The notes under the pieces are model-generated. The model worked only from the letters and a program-made list of their open reading frames with translations. It made no database searches and was not told where the DNA came from. Shown here one piece after another: positions 20,262-27,326 of a DNA stretch of 32,000 nucleotides; position 1 is the stretch's first letter, and every line of letters begins with the position of its first letter. A program made the translations under genes and the position numbers. Source of the DNA: Nitrosococcus oceani ATCC 19707 (GTDB lineage Bacteria; Pseudomonadota; Gammaproteobacteria; Nitrosococcales; Nitrosococcaceae). The stretch is taken from NCBI RefSeq assembly GCF_000012805.1, contig NC_007484.1, forward strand, positions 2,430,001 to 2,462,000. The letters run 5' to 3'.

Positions 20262-21308
20262 TTATTCCCTGTGCCCCTTCTCAGGAATTCCTAATATCCC
20301 CGCGTGGAAGGCCTCGATTTCCAACAATAAGTCGTTTCGACAAACATCCCCCTGGAGAAACAAAGCCGGCACCCTGCCACCGAAACGTCGCTGTAGACAT
20401 TGGACAATAGGTTCCATCTCCACACCCTGACGTAAGTAAACTTTCAGCAAACTCAATTCATCGAGCGATTGGATCTCTAATCCATGCAGACGCCGCGCAT
20501 TATCCGCCAGCGATTGCAAGTTACTGAGCGTTTCATCAAGCTGGGCTAGCGGGTTGCCCACATGTCGAGTTTCATGTCCAACGATGCTAGCCGTCCCAGA
20601 AATATAGAGGTGGGCCTCAGCACCCCAAGGTTTTAATGTAGCGCGGGAGAAAGATGGACTGCGGGGAGCATAATAGGATGGGTAGCGGAAGGCGCTCACT
20701 TGGCGCGGATTTTCTAGCCGAAAGCCAGGCTCGAGTGCTGCTAGAAAATAAATTAGCGTTCGGGAAGTACGGGTTCCCATAGCGGTGGCTGCCACTAGAT
20801 GACGCTCAAAATCCGGAGTCGTCTCTAGGATTCGATGCCGCCCTAAGCAAAAGGCCCGGTAGCGCTCTAGCCCATCTTCCTCCCGGTGAATATCCGATAG
20901 ATAGTTCCATGTCCGCAATAAATAAGGATAACCTAGGCGCTTCTGACAGGCTAAAATAGCCCGATAGGCATCATAAGTGGCTTGTTCCATCCCTGGAACC
21001 CGACCTCCTTCAAATTGTAAGCAGCCAAATAACACCGCATCGGTCCGGCTATACCAGACTTCTCCCGCATAGCCTGTTTCCGGAGGATAGGGAACACGCC
21101 AAACTTCCAGGGTAGAGTCGCCACCTAGCTCTGGCAATCCTACGGTTACCAAACATGGCTCCTTGAGCTCATTCTCTCGATCGAAAGAAATAAGCGCCAA
21201 GAGATCCTCTTCGTTCAAGAGGGTTTGAAGATGAGCCGCATTCTCGTACCTTACCTGAAACGGGGTATCAAGCCAGCCAGATACCCGTTGCCGGCGGTTA
21301 TTTTCCAT
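20262..21308 (-). CDS. FkbO/Hyg5/XanB2-family chorismatase (chorismate to hydroxybenzoate-type hydrolase)
   Basis: The family-typical motifs RTWNYLSDI and ISGTASIVGHETRH (YjgF/RidA-like fold) are recalled from FkbO/Hyg5/XanB2. I prefer the ATG at 21308 (MENNRRQ...); the listed TTG at 21344 would overlap the upstream gene by 7 nt. Confidence 0.7.
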   Translation of the reverse strand: MENNRRQRVSGWLDTPFQVRYENAAHLQTLLNEEDLLALISFDRENELKEPCLVTVGLPELGGDSTLEVWRVPYPPETGYAGEVWYSRTDAVLFGCLQFEGGRVPGMEQATYDAYRAILACQKRLGYPYLLRTWNYLSDIHREEDGLERYRAFCLGRHRILETTPDFERHLVAATAMGTRTSRTLIYFLAALEPGFRLENPRQVSAFRYPSYYAPRSPSFSRATLKPWGAEAHLYISGTASIVGHETRHVGNPLAQLDETLSNLQSLADNARRLHGLEIQSLDELSLLKVYLRQGVEMEPIVQCLQRRFGGRVPALFLQGDVCRNDLLLEIEAFHAGILGIPEKGHRE

Positions 21309-21337
21309 GAACGCCCTGGACCCCAATCCCAGACCAG

Positions 21338-22513
21338 CTACCAAGCCGCCCGGGCGGCTCTCACGGCAACCCCTGACTCGATACTGGCCCCCAAATCATG
21401 AAGCACCGTCTCCAAAGCCCCCAAAAAGATCAGTACATTGCGCGGATTAGAGCCATAACCCATCAGACCAACACGCCAAAGTTTTCCCGCCATTTCACCT
21501 AAACCCGCCCCAATTTCCAAGCCATATTCTTGCAGCAGCCGGGCGCGCACTGCAGCATCGTCAACACCCGCCGGGATAGTGATTGCATTGAGCTGGGGAA
21601 GTCGCTCCTTTTCCTTGACTGCAAGCTGTAATCCCATTGCTTCAATACCCGCCCGCAGGGCTTGATGATTACGCTGATGGCGCTCCCAAGCATTTTCCAA
21701 ACCTTCTTCCTGCAAAACAACCAACGCCTCATGGAGTCCATAAAGAGCATTAATAGGCGCGGTGTGGTGATAAGCACGCTTGCCATCCCCTCCCCAATAA
21801 CCCATTACCAGACTCAAATCGAGAAACCAACTCTGTACTTTGGTTTGTCGAGCCCGAATTCGCTCAATAGCCCGCTCGTTAAAACTTACTGGCGATAATC
21901 CGGGGGTACAGGAAAGACATTTCTGGCTCCCGGAATAAATGGCATCGATGCCCCACTCATCTACCTTCACGGGACTACCCCCAAGCGATGTCACCGTATC
22001 CACTATCGTTAAGCAACCGTGGCGACGCGCTATTTCCACGAGCGTCTTCGCATCGGAACAAGCGCCGGTAGAAGTTTCCGCATGGACAAAAGCCACTACC
22101 TTAGTATCTGGATGAGATTTAAGAGTTTCTTCAAGCTTATTGGGATCTACAGCTGCACCCCAAGTATCCTCCACGAGGACAGGGATCGCGCCACAACGCT
22201 CGGCATTTTCCTTCATCCGCCCACCAAATACGCCATTTTGGCAAATGATAACCTTATCGCCCGGCTCCAGCAGATTCACAAAACAGATTTCCATCCCCGC
22301 ACTGCCTGGCGCGGAAACAGGGAAAGTCAGTTCGTTTTTGGTTTGAAAAGCATATTGCAGGAGAGTCTTCATTTCATCCATCATGGCAATAAAGACTGGA
22401 TCTAAGTGGCCTATCGTTGGCCGGGACATGGCCTCAAGAATACGGGGATTCACATCGGACGGGCCCGGTCCCATAAGAATACGGGCGGGAGGATGAAAGG
22501 AAGTAATAGACAT
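21338..22513 (-). CDS. class V aminotransferase (serine-pyruvate / alanine-glyoxylate aminotransferase family)
   Basis: 391 aa with N-terminal MGPGPS and the PLP-lysine motif SGSQKCL. AGGAG lies 6 nt upstream of the ATG at 22513. Confidence 0.85.
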   Translation of the reverse strand: MSITSFHPPARILMGPGPSDVNPRILEAMSRPTIGHLDPVFIAMMDEMKTLLQYAFQTKNELTFPVSAPGSAGMEICFVNLLEPGDKVIICQNGVFGGRMKENAERCGAIPVLVEDTWGAAVDPNKLEETLKSHPDTKVVAFVHAETSTGACSDAKTLVEIARRHGCLTIVDTVTSLGGSPVKVDEWGIDAIYSGSQKCLSCTPGLSPVSFNERAIERIRARQTKVQSWFLDLSLVMGYWGGDGKRAYHHTAPINALYGLHEALVVLQEEGLENAWERHQRNHQALRAGIEAMGLQLAVKEKERLPQLNAITIPAGVDDAAVRARLLQEYGLEIGAGLGEMAGKLWRVGLMGYGSNPRNVLIFLGALETVLHDLGASIESGVAVRAARAAW

Positions 22514-22750
22514 GGGTTCTCCTCTAGAAAATAATGGTTATTACGAATTTGGGTCAGGCTAGCAGTATCCCAGCAGAACGGATAATGAGTGGCCACTTAC
22601 TCGTCCCCTCTTAAAATACCGGAGAGTCGCTTCGGTGAAAAAACAGTTTAATTCCCCTGCCTCAAAAATTATCCTGCTCTCTACCTGGTAACAAGGCTCA
22701 ATAGTCTACCGAGGATGGTGAGAAATACCAAGTTAGCCCCAGCTCCTCAC

Positions 22751-22842
22751 TCAAATGCCCCCCAGTGAGAGTGCCTGCCTGTGCGTGTCCACACGCAGAC
22801 AGGTAGGAATAAAATCGAAATCAGTCATGGCGGAACTCCAAA
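22751..22842 (-). repeat. modular leader repeat, short form (copy B); contains a 25-codon mini-ORF 22751..22828
   Basis: The minus strand reads tttGGAGttccgccATGactgatttcgattttattcctacctgtctgcgtgtggacacgcacaggcaggcactctcactggggggcattTGA. It is homologous to both ends of copy A and encodes MTDFDFIPTCLRVDTHRQALSLGGI. Confidence 0.75.
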
Positions 22843-22879
22843 TATAATAGCGTGGCCTCAATCCCAGAGTTCAGAACAA

Positions 22880-22908
22880 GGCGGAAAAAGCCGCCTGCTT
22901 TTTCCGCC
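22880..22908. other. strong 11-bp-stem hairpin in the ORF-free gap
   Basis: ggcggaaaaag-ccgcctg-ctttttccgcc forms a perfect 11-bp stem. The loop sequence ccgcct can alternatively pair with aggcgg at 22879..22884. Confidence 0.6.
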
Positions 22909-23465
22909 TTGACTTACAAATCCCCCTACCAACTACGCCCGACTGAAATCGGAAGCTTATAACTCTATACCCCCAGTCCTTAAGTTAAGATCAACCCATG
23001 CCATTATTGGTCATCATAAGTGGCTCCGCTGATATAACCGCTAACCCGTTGGGCTAATTGACCCATCTGTGTAGGAGGTTGTTATTGCACGACAGCCCCA
23101 TTGTATTAGCGTTAGCCTGGTAACCAAGTTGCTTTTCGATGTGGCTGGTCGCTCGCAGACAGCCTAAAAGTGACAGTATTTTTTGCGCAAACTGTTTGCC
23201 GCGATAGGGCGTCTCAGGACAATTTTATTTTGCCAAATACCCAACAATTGCGCTTCCTTCTCTGATTTTACCTGGAAGAAGCGCCGGCAGAAATCTGCAA
23301 AACTTTTTGCGAGGTGTCTCCTGGGCCAGAAAAACGGCTAATTATTTCTATCCCGCAATCGTTGAATGCCTGGCCAATGCATGTAATGCTTGGCGTGTAC
23401 GCAAAGGTAGCCATGTGTAGCCTAGGGAGAGGCGATTCTTGAATTCAGCAGATAGAGGATATTCG

Positions 23466-24236
23466 ATGAACAAACTTTCCAAGGTCACCGAGGCGGTGCG
23501 CTGCCATGCAAATGGAGCCTGGCTTCTGGCTCTTTTGACTGGTGCGCCGGGCAGCCTAGGGGCGGCACTGATAACACCCACCGATCTGGACGGGCTAGCG
23601 CTCGGTGCAATGATCGCCGGGCCGGTTGGACCCGAAGTTGAGACGACCTTTGTCGATACCACAGGCAACGGCATTGGCGATCTGAGTAGCAGCGTATCCT
23701 GTCCGTCGGGTTTTGCATCCTGTGTCCCGTCGACCAATCCGCCGGGCGCCCTCTATACCTATCAACACGCGATCACTCCCGGGATCGACTTGCCTAACGA
23801 TCCACCGTTTCCCTCCCCCAGTACAGTCCTCGCCTTCGACGGCGCTGATCGATTCAGCCTGGGATTTCCCGCAGCTGGATTTGTCGGTATCGCCGGCTAC
23901 AGCTTCTCCGATGCCGATTCGGTGCTGGTAGCAGGGACAAGTATTATAATTGAATATCTGCCCGACAATCGCTTAGAGTGGCGGTTGAGCCCGGGTGCTG
24001 GTTGGGATACTGGCGAGACTATCCGCTTCTTCTGGCAGACCACCCAGCCGCCAAGTGGCCCGGGAGGCCAATACACCTTAGGCTCAACCATGACCGGCAC
24101 CGCAGCCGGCCCGCAGCCAATCCCGATCGCTACCGTCCCCTCGCCCGCGACTTTCGGGTTACTAGCAAGCGGACTATTGGGTATGTTCGGTATTTATTGG
24201 AGAGCACCGAAACCTATAAAGCGCACGGAGCGGTAA
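23466..24236 (+). CDS. secreted protein with PEP-CTERM-like sorting signal
   Basis: The ATG at 23466 is preceded by AGAGGA; the listed TTG at 23439 is less likely. The N-terminus is signal-like (AWLLALLTGAPGSLGAA). The C-terminus reads VPSPATFGLLASGLLGMFGIYWRAPKPIKRTER, i.e. P-x-P, a hydrophobic helix and a basic tail. Confidence 0.7.
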   Translation: MNKLSKVTEAVRCHANGAWLLALLTGAPGSLGAALITPTDLDGLALGAMIAGPVGPEVETTFVDTTGNGIGDLSSSVSCPSGFASCVPSTNPPGALYTYQHAITPGIDLPNDPPFPSPSTVLAFDGADRFSLGFPAAGFVGIAGYSFSDADSVLVAGTSIIIEYLPDNRLEWRLSPGAGWDTGETIRFFWQTTQPPSGPGGQYTLGSTMTGTAAGPQPIPIATVPSPATFGLLASGLLGMFGIYWRAPKPIKRTER

Positions 24237-24336
24237 AAACCCTCAGGGTTGCAATCTAACTAATCGCTACGCAAATTTGCTGGGCTGACAAGGGGCGAGG
24301 TTGCACCTATCCGCAATCAATTATGACGAACGCCAA

Positions 24337-26991
24337 CTAGGCATAATTAACATAAATCCAGCCTTTCCTAACCAGCCATTTCTCAACTTCCACGGCAACA
24401 AACACTACCACAGGCAAGACAAAACAAAGCGCCAATTCCCCCATGGATAAGGGAGCCGTTCTAAAAATAGGATTCAGAAATGGCAGGTAAATCACGGCTA
24501 ACTGTAAAGCTACCGTAATTGCCACGGCCCCAAGCAGCCATGGGTTACTCAAAAGGCCCTGGGTAAAGAGGGATTCTTTCTCCGAACGAATAGCCAGCAC
24601 ATGAGCCAATTGACAGAAAGTCAAGACAGTAAAAACCATGGTTTGCCAGTGGGCGGTGCCACTATGATAAGCCCAAGCTTGGGCCAAGAGAGATAATCCG
24701 CCAATCAGCAGACCCACCCAAAGCATATGCTGCCACATGCCATGGGCGAAAATACTTTCATTGGGGGGACGGGGAGGACGCCGCATAATTCCCCGTTCCT
24801 GAGGTTCTGCGGAAAGGGCCAGGCCGGGCAGACCATCCGTCACCAAGTTGATCCAAAGAATTTGGATGGGCACCAAAGGCAAGGGCAAGCCCAGAAAGGG
24901 AGCAAGGAACAAAGTCCAGATTTCTCCTGAATTACTGGTCATCGTATATCTGACAAATTTGCGGATATTATCAAAGATACGGCGTCCCTCCCGCACCGCA
25001 CTCACGATGGTGGCAAAATTGTCATCGAGCAACACCATATCGGCCGCCTCTCGGGCCACATCGGTTCCCTTCCGACCCATGGCCACTCCGATTCCGGCCC
25101 TTTTTAAAGCAGGCGCATCATTGACGCCATCACCGGTCATGGCTACAAACTCTCCTTGATCTTGCAACGCCTTCACAATCCGGATCTTTTGCTCCGGGGT
25201 GACCCGCGCATACGTTCTTATTTGCCTCACCTGATGGGCAAAATCTTGGGCTGGGATTTGCGCCAAATCTTGGCCCTTGATCACCAAGCCATCTTCCTTA
25301 TCAATCCCCAATCGAATAGCAATAGCCCGTGCAGTTCCTGGATGATCTCCCGTAATCATTACCGGAGTAATGCCAGCCAAGATGCAATCAGCCACCGCCC
25401 TAGGGGCTTCTTTACGAGGAGGATCAATTAAGGCCACCAACCCCAGAAAGACGAGATCCTTTTCCAGGATTTCAGGTGCCCATTCCGTCGGGATGTTTTC
25501 AAGGAACCGGTATGCCATGGCAAGCACTCGATATCCTTGCTCCGCAAGGCGTTCTGCTTCCCTAAGCAGAGTTCCTCTATCTACTACGGTAATCTCATCA
25601 GCCATTTGCATCCGGGAGCAACGGGACAAGATTTTCTCTGGCGCTCCCTTGATAAAGGCAATCGCTTCGCGCTCTGAGACTCGGTGCACAGTCATCATCC
25701 GCTTACGTTCGGAATCAAAAGGGATATCGCCTATACGGGGTAATTTCTTTTCCAGGGACTGCCGCTTATAACCCGCCCTATGGGCTGCCTGATAAAGGGC
25801 GACCTCCGTGGGATCTCCTCGTACGCCCTGCTCTTTATCAGACACTACCTCATTACAGAGAGCCAAGGCTTGGCCTAGCCGATTCCAAGGAGGAGATTCG
25901 GAAGCCATCGGTGGAATTTCACTTTGATACTCGCCAGCTACCCAAAAACCCTCTGCAGTCATCCTGTTTTCAGTAAGCGTGCCGGTCTTATCAGTGCAAA
26001 TATAGGTCACCGAACCAAGCGTTTCCACGGCGGGCAAACGACGAATTAAAGCATTACGCCGACTCATCTTACGGGCCCCCATAGCCAGAGACACAGTGAC
26101 AACCGCAGGTAAAGCTTCCGGGATGGCCGCCACCGCTAGGCTCACTGCAGTTAGAAACATCAAGACCCCTTCTTCGCCCCGCAGCAGGCCAGTGACAAAA
26201 ATGATCCCGCAAACCATAAGCACGCCAACAGCTAGCCTCTGCCCAAAGTGAGCCAAACGTTGCTGGAGAGGCGTTTTAACGGCTTCCTCTTGCTGTAACA
26301 GGGTGGCGATCTGACCCAACTCAGTCTCCATACCGGTCGCCACCACTACACCTGTAGCGCGTCCATGGCTGACGAACGTTCCCTTATAAGCCATATTAAA
26401 ACGGTCCCCCAAGGGGGCTTCATTTTCGCTCAGAGCTTCGGGGATTTTCTGAATGGCTTGAGACTCGCCCGTAAGCGCCGCCTCATCGATTCTGAGATTC
26501 GATGTTTTCAAAAGGCGAAGATCCGCCGGGACCACATTACCCGCTTCTAGCAACACAATATCGCCCGGCGCTAACTCAGTAGCCGGTATGGTTTGAATTT
26601 CCCCATTTCGGCACACTTGGGCATCAGGCGCCGCCATCCTTCTCAGAGCAGCAACTGCTCGTTCCGCGCGATATTCCTGAATAGCGCCAACGATAGCATT
26701 CAGTACCACAATCACTACAATTGCAATGGCATCCCGAGGTTCACCGACAATACCCGAAACGACCGCTGCCACGATCAGGACGATAACCATAAAGTCTCTG
26801 AACTGACCTAAAATCATGCGCCATACAGAACGCCGAGCAGCTTCTTGGATAGCGTTTTTGCCGTGAGCTACCAGCCTTTCCCTGACCGTTTCCAAGGCCA
26901 ATCCCCGCTCTGGATGAGTGCCTAATCGCTGCAAAACTTCCTCTGAGTCTCGGGTATGCCAGCATTGCCCTTCTAAAGCATCATTATTCAT
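24337..26991 (-). CDS. P-type (P2, Ca2+/Mg2+-ATPase-like) cation-transporting ATPase
   Basis: 884 aa with motifs TGES, IPEALP, ICTDKTGTLTENRM, MITGDHP and MTGDGVNDAPALK. An N-terminal Cation_ATPase_N-like segment is present. Confidence 0.92.
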   Translation of the reverse strand: MNNDALEGQCWHTRDSEEVLQRLGTHPERGLALETVRERLVAHGKNAIQEAARRSVWRMILGQFRDFMVIVLIVAAVVSGIVGEPRDAIAIVVIVVLNAIVGAIQEYRAERAVAALRRMAAPDAQVCRNGEIQTIPATELAPGDIVLLEAGNVVPADLRLLKTSNLRIDEAALTGESQAIQKIPEALSENEAPLGDRFNMAYKGTFVSHGRATGVVVATGMETELGQIATLLQQEEAVKTPLQQRLAHFGQRLAVGVLMVCGIIFVTGLLRGEEGVLMFLTAVSLAVAAIPEALPAVVTVSLAMGARKMSRRNALIRRLPAVETLGSVTYICTDKTGTLTENRMTAEGFWVAGEYQSEIPPMASESPPWNRLGQALALCNEVVSDKEQGVRGDPTEVALYQAAHRAGYKRQSLEKKLPRIGDIPFDSERKRMMTVHRVSEREAIAFIKGAPEKILSRCSRMQMADEITVVDRGTLLREAERLAEQGYRVLAMAYRFLENIPTEWAPEILEKDLVFLGLVALIDPPRKEAPRAVADCILAGITPVMITGDHPGTARAIAIRLGIDKEDGLVIKGQDLAQIPAQDFAHQVRQIRTYARVTPEQKIRIVKALQDQGEFVAMTGDGVNDAPALKRAGIGVAMGRKGTDVAREAADMVLLDDNFATIVSAVREGRRIFDNIRKFVRYTMTSNSGEIWTLFLAPFLGLPLPLVPIQILWINLVTDGLPGLALSAEPQERGIMRRPPRPPNESIFAHGMWQHMLWVGLLIGGLSLLAQAWAYHSGTAHWQTMVFTVLTFCQLAHVLAIRSEKESLFTQGLLSNPWLLGAVAITVALQLAVIYLPFLNPIFRTAPLSMGELALCFVLPVVVFVAVEVEKWLVRKGWIYVNYA

Positions 26992-27225
26992 AATAAGTAA
27001 AAGCTAGATATAGCGTTACCAAATGGATGCCGCCGCCAATCCCCATTCCAAACTATTCCGAATAAAGTAATGAGCAAGGGTGATTGGGTGGTGGACGATA
27101 GGAGAGTGATCGTAGAATATAAAATAAAAAAGGGGGACCTCAAACTACATCAAGCAGAGCTCCTCAACGAGGTTAACAACCTTTCTCTGCTAACGGGCAG
27201 ATCGTCACTTTCTTCTGCACACTAA

Positions 27226-27253
27226 CCTCCCCCATGCAGGTAGGGATGAAACC
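27226..27253 (-). repeat. possible degenerate relic of the leader repeat (copy C)
   Basis: The minus strand reads ggtttcatccctacctgcatgggggagg. This resembles the copy A/B pieces ggggtttca, ttcctacctg and the G-run tail. It sits in the ATPase leader in sense orientation, but the match is short. Confidence 0.35.
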
Positions 27254-27326
27254 GCTTATCCGCATTAAAAAAATTTTTTCTACCCCGCTCTCCTTAATTT
27301 ACGATTAAAACCTTCTCGGTAGCATT

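Noticed and set aside
21309-21344. A TTG start at 21344 giving a 7-nt overlap, as evidence for translational coupling of the chorismatase with the aminotransferase
   Set aside because: No SD precedes the TTG, and an in-frame ATG at 21308 gives a plausible N-terminus. The overlap cannot be asserted from the sequence alone.
15710-22842. Copies A and B as terminal inverted repeats of a composite mobile element carrying DUF815-dapCDE-chorismatase-aminotransferase
   Set aside because: No transposase or integrase lies between them, and most of the cargo is core lysine/DAP biosynthesis. The outer flanks (..cctttaac | and | aatataatag..) show no target-site duplication. Leader-associated repeats in opposite operon orientations explain the inversion more simply.
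23348-24259. Multiple overlapping ORFs on both strands (129, 77, 72, 67 and 93 aa) around the PEP-CTERM gene
   Set aside because: They are a consequence of the locally high G+C content, which makes stop codons rare. Only the 23466..24236 frame has a signal peptide, a sorting signal and an SD.
27215-27256. CRISPR-repeat-like ending (..gcaggtagggatgaaac)
   Set aside because: It is a single occurrence, with no spacer-repeat periodicity and no cas genes in the window. It is better explained as a relic of the leader repeat.
26992-27326. M-box (Mg2+) riboswitch upstream of the P-type ATPase
   Set aside because: I could align only short resemblances (GGUUAG.GUG, CUGCCC) to the remembered M-box consensus. 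The pump's IPEALP/TM4 region looks Ca2+-ATPase-like rather than MgtA-like. This needs an Infernal scan and is not claimable by eye.
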